Below, piece after piece: positions 19,808 through 29,987 of a stretch of DNA of 64,000 nt (the first letter of the stretch is position 1; the number at the start of each line of letters is the position of its first letter). This stretch comes from Candidatus Obscuribacteraceae bacterium (lineage in GTDB: Bacteria; Cyanobacteriota; Vampirovibrionia; Obscuribacterales; Obscuribacteraceae), in the NCBI GenBank assembly GCA_044229845.1, contig JBGASG010000002.1, forward strand, positions 96,001 through 160,000. Direction: 5' to 3'. Below the pieces are notes generated by a model. The model made no database searches, was not told the origin of the DNA, and worked only from the letters and a program-made list of their open reading frames with translations. Position numbers and translations under genes: made by a program.

Positions 19808-21340
19808 TTACTTGCGAACGAAGAAGTTTTGTTTGAACTTGGTGAGTTCATCCTTCATTTCTTTTTCTTGTTCTGCGGTCGGCTTGTCGCCGGCATTCAA
19901 GCGCTCTTCAATGGCCTTGGCGGTGGAGCCGAGGTACTTCTTCCATTCTTCTTTGAAGCGAGCGATGTCTTTGTTGTCGACATCATCCAGCACGCCGCTG
20001 TTGGCAGCGAAGATCAGCGAGACCTGTTGAGCCAGTGTGAGCGGAGCAAACTGCGGTTGTTTCAAGACTTCCATCAGCTTTTGACCGCGGCGAATCTGGT
20101 CTTGCGTGGCTTTGTCCAGGTCGGATGCGAATTGGGCGAATGCTTCCAGTTCACGGAACTGAGCCAGGTCGAGACGCAACTTACCAGCCACCGATTTCAT
20201 GGCTTTCGATTGAGCGTTACCGCCTACGCGGCTGACCGATATACCAGCGTTAATAGCCGGGCGGATGCCGGCGTAGAACAAGTCGGTTTCCAGGAAGATT
20301 TGACCATCGGTGATTGAAATCACGTTGGTCGGAATGTATGCCGATACGTCACCGGCCTGGGTTTCGATAATCGGAAGAGCGGTCAGCGAGCCGGCGCCCA
20401 GTTTATCGGACAACTTGGAGGCGCGCTCCAGAAGGCGGCTGTGCAGGTAGAACACATCGCCGGGATACGCTTCGCGGCCTGGCGGACGGCGCAGGAGAAG
20501 CGACATGGCGCGGTAGGCCTGGGCGTGCTTGGAAAGGTCATCGTACACGTTGAGGGCAGCTTTACCCTGGTGCATGAAGTATTCGCCGATGGCAGCGCCG
20601 GAGTACGGAGCCAAGAATTGCACCGCGGGCGGAGACGTCGCCGGAGCGTTGACGATAATCGAATATTCCATGGCGCCGTTTTCTTCCAGGATCTTTTGAA
20701 TCTGGGCGACGTTGGATTCTTTTTGTCCGATGGCGACGTAGATGCAAATCGGGGTGTTCGGTTGCGTCTTCTGGTTGATGATGCAGTCGATAGCGACCGC
20801 AGTCTTGCCGGTTTGACGGTCGCCGATGATCAACTCGCGCTGTCCGCGACCGATCGGGGTCATGGCGTCGATAGCAGTGAGACCGGTCATCAGGGGCTCG
20901 TGCACTGATTTACGAGCGATGATGCCAGGGGCTTTCTTTTCAATCGGTACATATTCCATTTCGGCGATCGGCAGCGGTCCTTTGCCGTCAATCGGCTGAC
21001 CGAGCGGGTTGATCACGCGACCGAGCAGTTGAGGTCCGACTGGAATCGAGGCGATACGACCGGTGGTCTTGCAGGTGGTGCCTTCTTGAATGTCGCGGCC
21101 TTCGCCCATGAGCACGATACCGACGTTGTCTTCTTCCAGGTTGAGCACCATGCCCATCGTGTGTTCCGGATCGTCAAACTCGACGAGTTCGCCGGCCATC
21201 GCTTTTTCCATACCGTAGATACGGGCGATACCATCACCGACTTGCAGCACGCTGCCGACATTAGCAACGTTCAGCGAAGCGCGGTACTTCTCAAGTTGCG
21301 ACTTGAGAATCGAGGTGATTTCGTCAGGTCTGATTGCCAT
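19808..21340 (-). CDS. atpA: F0F1 ATP synthase subunit alpha
   Basis: [37 protein letters not shown]. Confidence 0.99.
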   Translation of the reverse strand: MAIRPDEITSILKSQLEKYRASLNVANVGSVLQVGDGIARIYGMEKAMAGELVEFDDPEHTMGMVLNLEEDNVGIVLMGEGRDIQEGTTCKTTGRIASIPVGPQLLGRVINPLGQPIDGKGPLPIAEMEYVPIEKKAPGIIARKSVHEPLMTGLTAIDAMTPIGRGQRELIIGDRQTGKTAVAIDCIINQKTQPNTPICIYVAIGQKESNVAQIQKILEENGAMEYSIIVNAPATSPPAVQFLAPYSGAAIGEYFMHQGKAALNVYDDLSKHAQAYRAMSLLLRRPPGREAYPGDVFYLHSRLLERASKLSDKLGAGSLTALPIIETQAGDVSAYIPTNVISITDGQIFLETDLFYAGIRPAINAGISVSRVGGNAQSKAMKSVAGKLRLDLAQFRELEAFAQFASDLDKATQDQIRRGQKLMEVLKQPQFAPLTLAQQVSLIFAANSGVLDDVDNKDIARFKEEWKKYLGSTAKAIEERLNAGDKPTAEQEKEMKDELTKFKQNFFVRK

Positions 21341-21383
21341 TTTTTTGGACCTCTATTGTTCGTAATTCCGAGAAGTGTGAGTA

Positions 21384-21929
21384 CTAGACCGAAAGCAAGC
21401 TGCGTTCGATGGCTTGCAGTCTGCCTTTCAGACTGCCGTCGATCACTTGATCGCCGATGCGCAGAACGTAGCCGCCGATGAGCGAGCTGTCGACCTGCAA
21501 ATTGAGTTCCAGTTGTTTGCCGAGTTTCTGACGCAGTTCGCTCTCGAGATGAGCGCGCTGCTTGTCGTCGAGCGGTTCCGCTGAGACCAGCGTGCCGACA
21601 ACGATGCCTTTCTTATCGCGGAGCAGTTGATGATAAGAGGTCTCCAGCGCCGGCAAAATCTCCAGGCGCCGGCGATCGGCCAGCATTTCCACCAACCGCA
21701 TGGTCAGGTCGTCGCTCTTGTCCTTGAAAAGATCGACGATGATCTTCTTCTTTTCGCTGGCGGGAATGCTCGGGTGACCAAGCATTTTGCCGAAATCTGG
21801 AGTCGATTGCAGTGCCAGGTTGATGGTCTGCAAATCGCCCAGCACTCGGTCGATCTTGCCGTCTTTCTCAGCCAGATCGAAGATTGCTTGTGCGTATTGG
21901 GTGGCGACGCCGCTCAAATCGGACTTCAT
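21384..21929 (-). CDS. atpH: ATP synthase subunit delta
   Basis: YAQAIF, VDSSLIGG...IGDQVIDGSL; operon position. Confidence 0.95.
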   Translation of the reverse strand: MKSDLSGVATQYAQAIFDLAEKDGKIDRVLGDLQTINLALQSTPDFGKMLGHPSIPASEKKKIIVDLFKDKSDDLTMRLVEMLADRRRLEILPALETSYHQLLRDKKGIVVGTLVSAEPLDDKQRAHLESELRQKLGKQLELNLQVDSSLIGGYVLRIGDQVIDGSLKGRLQAIERSLLSV

Positions 21930-21936
21930 TATCTAA

Positions 21937-22464
21937 TCAATTCCTGCCGTTGGTGCCTGTTTTTACTGTGTCGAGCTGTTCGACGAATTGCGTCAGCAAG
22001 CGTTTCTTGGCACTATCTGTGATGGCGCCGGGAAGCGATGCCTCAGCCAGCCGTACGGCTGCTGTCGCTGCTTGCGAGCGCAACTGGGTGATTGCCATGT
22101 TGCGCTGCGCATCGACCGATTGTTCGATCTTGCGCGCGATTTCCGCAGTTTCTTTCTTGGTCTGCTCGCGAATGTCAGCCTGCATGGTAGAGGCTATTTT
22201 TCTGGCTTCTTCCAGAATCTGCTCCGCTTCCTTTTCGGCGTTTGCGATGCGTGCCGATTGTTCTTGAAGAAACTTCTGCCCTTCTTCTCTGGCTTTGTTT
22301 GCTTCTTCGATGGCGCGGTTAACGCTGTCTTCGCGGGTTTTGAACATCGGCGGCGCCATCTTCATCCAGAGGATGACGAGCAGAATGACCAGCAAAATCC
22401 AGTTGGCGACGTTGGTTGTAAACGCCTCCACCAGCGGATTTGCTTCGGCGAACAAGAAATACAT
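21937..22464 (-). CDS. atpF: ATP synthase subunit b
   Basis: N-terminal TM plus coiled coil; position before atpH. Confidence 0.9.
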   Translation of the reverse strand: MYFLFAEANPLVEAFTTNVANWILLVILLVILWMKMAPPMFKTREDSVNRAIEEANKAREEGQKFLQEQSARIANAEKEAEQILEEARKIASTMQADIREQTKKETAEIARKIEQSVDAQRNMAITQLRSQAATAAVRLAEASLPGAITDSAKKRLLTQFVEQLDTVKTGTNGRN

Positions 22465-22940
22465 TATTGGGGTCCCTCAAGCGACTTGCGAACCTGGCTG
22501 GCATCCAGAGAAACGGCGACCGGCTCACCGAGCACTTTCTGTGTGATTACTTCCACCAGTTCTTTTTCTTGTGCCACCAGGGCATCAATCAAACTGGCGC
22601 GCTCGGATTCGATCGCCGCTTTGGCGTCGTTCAGCTGCTGCTGACCCTGTTTGTGCAAGCGGGAGATTTCCGCGTGCCGCTCCTTGTTGGCTTGTTCAGA
22701 CGCGTCGGCGATATGCTTCTGCGCCTTTTCGCGAATTTCGCGCAAGTCTTGCTCGTACTTCTCGAGCAGCTTTTGCGCTTCTTCACGGGAGGATTTGCCT
22801 GCTTCGATCGCTGCTTTGATCTTTTCATCGCGCAGCTCGATGGTTTTTGCCACCGGCTTCAGGAGAATCGCATCGAGCAGATACATGAACAGCAGGAAGC
22901 TGATAACAAAGATTGCCAGGGTGCCATTGATGTCAAACAT
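22464..22940 (-). CDS. ATP synthase subunit b' (cyanobacterial/chloroplast-type second b subunit)
   Basis: MFDINGTL...L..ILLKPV...R motif, TM plus coiled coil. Confidence 0.9.
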   Translation of the reverse strand: MFDINGTLAIFVISFLLFMYLLDAILLKPVAKTIELRDEKIKAAIEAGKSSREEAQKLLEKYEQDLREIREKAQKHIADASEQANKERHAEISRLHKQGQQQLNDAKAAIESERASLIDALVAQEKELVEVITQKVLGEPVAVSLDASQVRKSLEGPQ

Positions 22941-22965
22941 GTTGATCCTGCGAAGTTGCTTACGC

Positions 22966-23319
22966 TTATGAAATTGACTGATTCACGAACTCGACTTGAG
23001 AAGGCACGTTCATGTAGGTGGTGGATGCATGCTCGGCAGCCTTGGAGCCGAAGGTGTAGAGCTGAATGGCGATAACGAATGCCAACAGTCCAAGCGCTTC
23101 CATGAGGGCGGCGATAATAATCGCGTTGACCAGCAATTTACCGGTCATTTCCGGCTGACGAGCCATGCCTTCCAGGGCGCGCGATCCGGCGACACCAATG
23201 CCGATACCAGGGCCGATAACGCCGACTGCTGCGATGCCAGAGCCGATCAGCGAAGCGGCTTTGATAATCGTTTGGCTGTCGATAGCGCCAGCACTTTGCG
23301 CGATGAGTGTGTGGTCCAC
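22966..23319 (-). CDS. atpE: ATP synthase subunit c, with a C-terminal extension
   Basis: GPGIGIG, ARQPE loop, proton-binding E in MEAL; GGAG RBS before the GTG start. Confidence 0.93.
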   Translation of the reverse strand: MDHTLIAQSAGAIDSQTIIKAASLIGSGIAAVGVIGPGIGIGVAGSRALEGMARQPEMTGKLLVNAIIIAALMEALGLLAFVIAIQLYTFGSKAAEHASTTYMNVPSQVEFVNQSIS

Positions 23320-23448
23320 TGTAGTTCTCCCTTTGAATTCGATAAGTTGGGCAAAAGCGGCTGGGCTATTGACTTCCCGGCCTGGTGCGCGTCGGACACG
23401 GTCTTGTCAGCTCGTCTGAACGCGCAATTTAGAAAACAGACAGCTGAA

Positions 23449-23457
23449 ATTATATCA
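23449..23457 (-). promoter_or_regulatory. Candidate internal extended -10 promoter (TGaTATAAT) upstream of atpE
   Basis: Minus strand reads TGATATAAT within the 300-bp atpB-atpE spacer; no clear -35. Confidence 0.4.
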
Positions 23458-23619
23458 AGCGCGATCTGCGCTTTTTGGCGTAAAACGGGCGTTGTAACGC
23501 CACTTTGGAATTGCTGAGCGACATTTAAAAACGCCGCGAGCAGCGCAAATCAAGAGCGCACCGTATGACAGCGGTCATCGCAGGGGAAGCGCTTCTCCGG
23601 CGGCTGTGCGCCACGCAGC

Positions 23620-24354
23620 TTAGTGGTGCTGAACAGTCAGACCGATGTAGATCGAGGTGAGCAGCGCGAATACGAAAGCTTGAATGACGCCGATAAACAT
23701 CTCGAAGCCCATGACGAACGTGGGCAAGATGAAGGGAACCATCATCAATGCGGCGGCACGCATCAATTCGTCGGCGGTGATCACCATCATCAGGCGCAAA
23801 GCCAGTGTGGCTGGGCGAATAATCAGGTCAAGCCATTCGATCGGGTTGAGGTAGAGCTTCAAGTAGCCGGCGCCGTGCGCCCAGAAACCAGCCCCCAGGT
23901 AGGTGAGAAGTGCTATGCAAGCCAATCCGAACGTGACGTTGAAATCAGTTGTCGGTGAGCAGAGTTCAAGCGGTTCGCCGTGAATATGCGGCCAACCGGC
24001 TTGTCCTTCGAAGACTTTCCAGGGACCGATGCCGATGAAGTTGGCTATTAATACAAAGATAAAGATTGCTGCAATCAGTTTTACGAACGGCTTGTACTCA
24101 TGCCCCATGTTTCCCTTGCACAAGCCTTCGATGGATTTGTAGAAACCCTCAGCCATTGCCTGCAGTGGGTTGCCCGGTCCATCCGCTGTGAGCGAGGAGC
24201 GAGCAGCGACTGCCCAGACCAGGATGATCACCATGCAAGCCCAGGAAAGACCGATGGTATCTGCGTGTACTTCGCCGAGGCTGCCGAGCGGTCCGAGCGA
24301 AACGTTCGCCGTGTCCGGAAGCAGCGTTTTCAAGGGTAGGTTATGACCGAGCAT
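23620..24354 (-). CDS. atpB: ATP synthase subunit a
   Basis: PTTDFNVT.GLA, RP.TLALRL, IQAFVF.LL..IYI. Confidence 0.95.
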   Translation of the reverse strand: MLGHNLPLKTLLPDTANVSLGPLGSLGEVHADTIGLSWACMVIILVWAVAARSSLTADGPGNPLQAMAEGFYKSIEGLCKGNMGHEYKPFVKLIAAIFIFVLIANFIGIGPWKVFEGQAGWPHIHGEPLELCSPTTDFNVTFGLACIALLTYLGAGFWAHGAGYLKLYLNPIEWLDLIIRPATLALRLMMVITADELMRAAALMMVPFILPTFVMGFEMFIGVIQAFVFALLTSIYIGLTVQHH

Positions 24355-24429
24355 CTATAAGAATCCGTCGTGTACGTCGTTGCCATGCGGCGCGAGAGAG
24401 GCGCCAGCAACGGATGATAACAGATGCCT

Positions 24430-24885
24430 TTAATCGGAATTGTCTTCCGTGAAGTGTTCGTAAGCGGCTCTCGGTGCGCTCGTGCCGCCGTCCTGCACAG
24501 CTTGTCCGTAGGCGCCCCGGTCTGTGCCCTGCTTGCCGGGCGTGGTGCCGGTTTCTGCCTCTTCGCCGGACGGCGTAGCCGTTTCTTCACCGGACAGGCT
24601 CAAGTGCGCCCCCCGTTTTCTCACGCCAGTGAGCTTTTTGCCGCTCCCGCCCGTGTCCAGAGCCATAGCTTTGACGCAAAGCCGCCAGAGTCCCAGCCCA
24701 CCACCCAGCATCGACAGCCCAAGTGACCACCAGGGCGCCGTGTGCAGCTTTTCGTCCAGCCAGTTGCCGGCAAAAACCCCGACCAGAACCAGCGCCGCGG
24801 CGCCCAGAACGCCGTCCATGACGAACATCATCGCCTTCTTGGAATTGTCGGATTTATCGGATGCTCCGGGCTCATTTGGTGTCAA
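24430..24885 (-). CDS. atpI: AtpZ/AtpI-family ATP synthase accessory protein
   Basis: G.F.G.WLD..L.T.PW motif; TTG start at 24885 with GAGGGGAG RBS. The track ORF extending to 25866 is a shadow of pspA. Confidence 0.8.
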   Translation of the reverse strand: MTPNEPGASDKSDNSKKAMMFVMDGVLGAAALVLVGVFAGNWLDEKLHTAPWWSLGLSMLGGGLGLWRLCVKAMALDTGGSGKKLTGVRKRGAHLSLSGEETATPSGEEAETGTTPGKQGTDRGAYGQAVQDGGTSAPRAAYEHFTEDNSD

Positions 24886-25083
24886 GTGCGGCTCCCCTCG
24901 CTTAATCTTTGTTTGATGATTGGGGTGAATATAGGGCGTAGTCAGGCGATCCAAACTGGGAATAACCTTAAAGGTATCTCTGTTAGACTGAAATATTGGC
25001 GGGGAATGCCTCTTTTCAGGAATACCTCTGGTCAAGAATATGCCCACCCGGGCGCCCGTTAAGGAAGGGAAGGAGTTCACAGG

Positions 25084-25842
25084 ATGTTTTCGCGCTTCAT
25101 GTCGCTCGTCCGCGCAATGTTCGGTCGTGTCATGGGTCAACTCGAAGACCCGGAAATGATGCTCGAACAGAAGTATCAAGAACTCCAATCCAACCTGATT
25201 CAAGTCCGCCAGGCTGTTGCTCAAGCCATCGCCACCGAAAAGCAACTCGAGCAGTCGTTGCAGAAGAACCGGGATCAAGCAGCCACCTGGGAAAATCGCG
25301 CCCGCATGGCGGTGCAGCAAAACAACGACGATCTGGCACGCCAGGCATTGCAACGCAAGACTCAATACTCTCAAGCCGCAGCCGATCTGGAAGCTCAACT
25401 CAATCAGCAACGCGAGCACACAGCCCAATTGCGTGAGCGCCTGACGTCGCTGGAAGGCGAAGTGCAGAAGGCTTACACAAAGAAACAAGTGCTGATCGCT
25501 CGCGACAAGGCTGCGCAGGCGACCACACGTGCCAACGAGATCATGGCAAAGACAACGTCTTCCGGCGCTATGTCGGTCATCGAACGCATGGAACAGAAAG
25601 TCGTCGAGCGCGAAGCGAAAGCCGCTGCCCTGGCTGAACTGGGCAGTGACACGCTGGACAAGAAATTCAAAGATTTCGAAGGTCAAGTCGACATCGAAGC
25701 CGAACTCATGGCCCTCAAAGGGACCATGGGCGGTCCGAAACTGATCGTGGACAACAAAGTCAAAGAACCGGTTTCGGCGCAAAAAGATGAATCGTTGTCG
25801 GTGGAAGCCGAAGACGTCACCGAGCTGGACGAGTCTAAGTAA
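25084..25842 (+). CDS. pspA: PspA/IM30 (Vipp1) family protein
   Basis: MFSRF..LVRA...LEDPE.MLEQ, DLARQAL.RK, ERMEQKV...EAKA, AEL.ALK; C-terminal tail. Confidence 0.93.
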   Translation: MFSRFMSLVRAMFGRVMGQLEDPEMMLEQKYQELQSNLIQVRQAVAQAIATEKQLEQSLQKNRDQAATWENRARMAVQQNNDDLARQALQRKTQYSQAAADLEAQLNQQREHTAQLRERLTSLEGEVQKAYTKKQVLIARDKAAQATTRANEIMAKTTSSGAMSVIERMEQKVVEREAKAAALAELGSDTLDKKFKDFEGQVDIEAELMALKGTMGGPKLIVDNKVKEPVSAQKDESLSVEAEDVTELDESK

Positions 25843-25901
25843 CGACGCGCGTTTTGCACACCACATCTGGTGATCGCCCGTACCGGAGGTTTGCAGACTA
25901 A

Positions 25902-26963
25902 ATGGCCGGCGAAGCCCTGAAGCAATTATTCAAAGCGTTGATGCACATCACGCTGTTGAAACGACTGGCGCTGTTCATGGTCTGCGTCGGCATCTATTCG
26001 ACCATCGTCGCCTTTTTCGGCAGGCATCTACCTTATAACGATGCGCTTTTGCAAACCGACTCGGCACTGTTCGTCGGCGTGATTCTCAGCGTGCTGTTGG
26101 TGTTCAGGCTGAACAGCGCTTATGAAAGGTGGTGGGAAGCCAGCAACCTCTGGGGGCAACTGATTAACGAAATTCGCAACGCCTGCTGCAAGGTGGACAG
26201 AGTGCTTTTGCTCGAACTGCGCGAGCGCGAACGCTTTGCCGTACTGATGGTGGAATTCGCCTATTCACTGAAAGACCACTTGCGGCAGGTGACCGCCGAA
26301 AGCGGTGCACCATCGGCGGTGCGGGCTGCCGGTGGCGTGGTGCGCAAACCGATGGCTGTCGTGCATGATGTCTACGCGCAGCTGGGTCGCCAGCTGCAAG
26401 CCGGCAAGATCAGCGTCGAAATGGTCGAACTGATGGACACGCACATCAAAGCGCTCGCCGACATCCTCGGCTCCTGCGAGCGCATCAGCACTTCTCCAAT
26501 TACCGCGGCCCACAAAAGTTTGCTGGCCCACATGCTCTTGATTTATGTGGCACTGTTACCCTGGTCGCTGGCGCCGGGGCTGGGTTTCTTCTCCGTGCCG
26601 GTGGTTGTGGTGGGCGTTTATCTGGTGATGGGCATGGAAGTGGTGGCAGCCGGCAACGAACATCCTTTTGGAACCGACGAGGAAGACATTCCTTTAGATA
26701 GGCTTTGCAAGACGGTTGAAACATCGGTCTTCGAATTGCTCGAGTTATCGCGACCGATTGAAGTTGTCATCTCACCCGACGATGTGGTGCAGTGGGTGGT
26801 GCCAGATGACCTGACGGACTGCCTGGCGATTCAGAAACACCATTTTGACGGTGGCGCGGACGACACGCACGGCGATCCGGGAGGAAACGGCGACGCTGCC
26901 GACACAGGCAAGGGTGCAGTCGCGTCGGTGTATGATGACCCGCTGGCTGATTTGAGATCCTGA
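25902..26963 (+). CDS. Bestrophin-like (YneE/UPF0187) anion channel
   Basis: LLVFRLNSAYERWWEA..LWG, GSCERI..SP, EHPFG.D..DIPLD. Confidence 0.9.
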   Translation: MAGEALKQLFKALMHITLLKRLALFMVCVGIYSTIVAFFGRHLPYNDALLQTDSALFVGVILSVLLVFRLNSAYERWWEASNLWGQLINEIRNACCKVDRVLLLELRERERFAVLMVEFAYSLKDHLRQVTAESGAPSAVRAAGGVVRKPMAVVHDVYAQLGRQLQAGKISVEMVELMDTHIKALADILGSCERISTSPITAAHKSLLAHMLLIYVALLPWSLAPGLGFFSVPVVVVGVYLVMGMEVVAAGNEHPFGTDEEDIPLDRLCKTVETSVFELLELSRPIEVVISPDDVVQWVVPDDLTDCLAIQKHHFDGGADDTHGDPGGNGDAADTGKGAVASVYDDPLADLRS

Positions 26964-27021
26964 TTGAATTGCCCTGAACACTTTACGTCATCGGTTCCCC
27001 AACTATATAAAGAGATCACCA

Positions 27022-29973
27022 TTGAGCCCCGCCAGCAACGCCGACCAGATCAGAAAGACGCTCTTCAAACTGGGCGAAACAAAAGACCCCGAGCAATTCA
27101 ATCAAGCTGCGGAAGCGGCACTTATCATGCTGAAATCGCAAAGCGAGCCGATTCCGAAAGACTGCTGCTCCACCCTGCAGGCGGTACTGCGGCGGCTGGG
27201 GGAATTTAAGAACATTGAGCTGCTCGACAAGTACGGAACTCTCATATCGGCACAAGTCTATCCCCATATTCCGGATGCGGAGCTGCGCGCGGCGGTCAAG
27301 GTGTGCGTCGATAAAATGCGCGCACGGCGCGTCGAAGATCCGGTCGCCGTAGCCGGACTCTATGCTGGTCTTCTGAAAGAGGCTCTGGTACCAAAACCGG
27401 CAACCGCAGGCGCGTGTCTCAATTATTTCATTGCCCTGGCGGAGGAGTTCACCGATCGCGACGACACCGATGATGTCGATGTGATTTATCTAGCTGCCGT
27501 CGATATCTCGATGCGTTTAAACGGCAAAAACTGCACCGAGACCGCCGATTCGTACGAGTTTTTGGGACTATGCTACAGAAACCAGGGCTATTACGAAGAC
27601 GCCTACACAGCCCTCCAACAAGCCAGAGGCATTCAGGAAGAATTGTTGAAATCGGACGCCGTCGATCCATCGTCTCATTACGACGTGCTGCTGACCATAT
27701 GCGATGTCGCCCGCCAGGGCGGGTTTCCGGAGAAAACTCAAGACGTTTTTCAGTTGCTAAAAAAGCTCAGCGAGGAAAACAAGCTGCCATCTAAATTGCA
27801 GGCGCAGTTGCACGGCATGCTCGGGCGCCAGGCCCAGGAGGAAGGCGACGAGGCTGACGCCATCGAGTCTTTTAAGCGCGCCCTGGAAGCGCTGCGCGAG
27901 ATGCCGGAAGACAAAGCCGCGCTCGAGCGTCAGCGCATCGCCATCTCGCTGGCGCGCGTCTACTCCAACTTGAACGAACCGGCGCTCGTCGAAAAGTACT
28001 ATTCGGAAGCGCTGAGCGTCATGGATAAGATTGCTCGCCTGCATGCGGACGAAGTCTCTGACAACATGTATTACATTGCTTGTTTCTTCAGCGATCGCCA
28101 TGACTACCGGCGCGCGGAAGAATTGCTCAAGCAGTCGCTGAAGCTGAAACGGCAGGCTGCCAAACACAGATATGTCGAACTGGAATTGATCGAACGCGAA
28201 CTGGCCACCGTTCGCAAATTGGTCGAAGAAAATTCCAAGCGCGATGCGCGCAGCCTCGAACATCTGCTGGGCGAAATCGAAGGCATGGTCGGTCTGGAAG
28301 AGCTTAAGAAAGCTTTGCGCGAACATGGTGTCTATCTGGACTTTTTGCGACTGCGTAAGGAACGCGGTTTTGAGTCGGTGGAAAATCCGGTACTGCATGC
28401 GGTGTTCATGGGCAATCCCGGAACCGGCAAAACAACTGTCGCAAAGTTACTCGGCGAGGTTTACTACAAGCTGGGATTGCTATCCTCAGGGCATGTGCAC
28501 ACAGTCGTACGCGCCGATTTGATCGGAGCTCAATACGGCGCCGGAGAGAAGGGCGCGCGCCGCGCGCTGGATGCCGCCAGAGGCGGTGTGCTGTTCATAG
28601 ATGAAGCCTACACGCTTTCTCGTCACTATCGCGAAGGCGATGTGGACGGACGAGACCCGGGGCAGGAAGTGATCGAAACACTGCTGCCCGTCATGTCCAA
28701 CCCGGGCGCCGACATCGCCATCGTGGTGGCAGGGTATCCCACCGAGATGGAGGCTTTTCTCGGGTCCAATCCGGGCTTGCGTTCGCGTTTTAAATTGTTT
28801 TTCGACTTCCCAGACTACACACCTCCGGAGATGCTGGAGATTGCCGTCACCGCCGCCAAGCGACACGACCTCACCTTCTCCGACGAAGCGCGCGAACTGT
28901 TTCTTGAAGCGCTCGAAGATGTCTATCGCAAGCGTGACCGTACGTTCGGCAATGCCCGCCACGTCATGTCACTGATCGATGATTGTAAGCGCGCGATGGC
29001 GCTGCGCATCATGCGCTCTTCAAAGCTCAATCTTTTGACCAACGAACAGATCTCTGTGGTGTCCGCGGAGGACGTCCGCAAAGTGACCGGCATCAAACGC
29101 AAAGCCGGCCCTTACTGCGCCCCGCTCGACGAAAAGATGCTGGCGCAGAGCCTCGCCCAGCTGGATGCGCTGGTCGGTCTCGATAACTTGAAAGCCTTCG
29201 TGCGCGACACCGTAAAAGTGGTGCGCGTCTACCGCGAACTTGGCAAGGACGTGCTTTCGGCATTGAAGTTCAACCTGGTGTTCGCCGGCAATCCCGGCAC
29301 GGGCAAGACGGTGGTGGCACGCATCATCAGCGACGTCTACAAGGCGCTCGGCATACTGGAGCGCGGACATCTGGTCGAAACAGATCGTTCCGGGCTGGTC
29401 GGCAAGTACATCGGCGATTCGGAAGCGCAAACCAAAGCCAAGATCGAAGAAGCGATGGGCGGCGTATTGTTTGTAGATGAAGCTTATGCGCTGATGGGCG
29501 AAGGCAACGACTTCGGTGCTCGCGTGATCGAAGTTTTGCTCAAGCAGATGGAAGACCAGCGCGGCAAGTTCTTCTGCATATTCGCGGGTTATCGCAAGGA
29601 AATGCAGCAGTTTATGGATGCCAATCCGGGGCTGCGTTCGCGCATCGACAAAGTGCTGGACTTCGAAGATTACACAACTGCGCAGCTGGAAGAGATAACC
29701 GTGGCTATGCTGAAAGCGCAGGACCTGTCTGTCGACGAAGAAGCCTGCAAGGCCCTGCGCCAAAAACTCGCCTCTATAAAAGACTCGAAGGGTTTCGCCA
29801 ATGCTCGCTCATGCCGCAATCTGGTGGAGCGCATCGCACTCAGGCATTTCGCGTCTCTCGCCGATATACCAACCGACGAACGCACCGCGGCGGTGCTCAC
29901 AACCGTCACAGCGCGTACCGTGGAAGAAACCGAACTGAGCGACCTGGCAGTCAAACGCCCGGTGGGCTTTTAG
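27022..29973 (+). CDS. TPR + tandem CbbX/SpoVK-type AAA+ ATPase
   Basis: Two GNPGTGKT Walker A and LF(I/V)DEAY Walker B motifs, NPGLRSR twice, F(G/A)NAR twice, C-terminal VGF. Confidence 0.92.
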   Translation: MSPASNADQIRKTLFKLGETKDPEQFNQAAEAALIMLKSQSEPIPKDCCSTLQAVLRRLGEFKNIELLDKYGTLISAQVYPHIPDAELRAAVKVCVDKMRARRVEDPVAVAGLYAGLLKEALVPKPATAGACLNYFIALAEEFTDRDDTDDVDVIYLAAVDISMRLNGKNCTETADSYEFLGLCYRNQGYYEDAYTALQQARGIQEELLKSDAVDPSSHYDVLLTICDVARQGGFPEKTQDVFQLLKKLSEENKLPSKLQAQLHGMLGRQAQEEGDEADAIESFKRALEALREMPEDKAALERQRIAISLARVYSNLNEPALVEKYYSEALSVMDKIARLHADEVSDNMYYIACFFSDRHDYRRAEELLKQSLKLKRQAAKHRYVELELIERELATVRKLVEENSKRDARSLEHLLGEIEGMVGLEELKKALREHGVYLDFLRLRKERGFESVENPVLHAVFMGNPGTGKTTVAKLLGEVYYKLGLLSSGHVHTVVRADLIGAQYGAGEKGARRALDAARGGVLFIDEAYTLSRHYREGDVDGRDPGQEVIETLLPVMSNPGADIAIVVAGYPTEMEAFLGSNPGLRSRFKLFFDFPDYTPPEMLEIAVTAAKRHDLTFSDEARELFLEALEDVYRKRDRTFGNARHVMSLIDDCKRAMALRIMRSSKLNLLTNEQISVVSAEDVRKVTGIKRKAGPYCAPLDEKMLAQSLAQLDALVGLDNLKAFVRDTVKVVRVYRELGKDVLSALKFNLVFAGNPGTGKTVVARIISDVYKALGILERGHLVETDRSGLVGKYIGDSEAQTKAKIEEAMGGVLFVDEAYALMGEGNDFGARVIEVLLKQMEDQRGKFFCIFAGYRKEMQQFMDANPGLRSRIDKVLDFEDYTTAQLEEITVAMLKAQDLSVDEEACKALRQKLASIKDSKGFANARSCRNLVERIALRHFASLADIPTDERTAAVLTTVTARTVEETELSDLAVKRPVGF

Positions 29974-29987
29974 TAGTTTTAGTTCCG

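Noticed and set aside
24886..25866. N-terminal two-thirds of the 478-aa minus-strand ORF 24430-25866
   Set aside because: It is an antisense shadow of pspA. Only the portion from TTG 24885 resembles AtpZ/AtpI.
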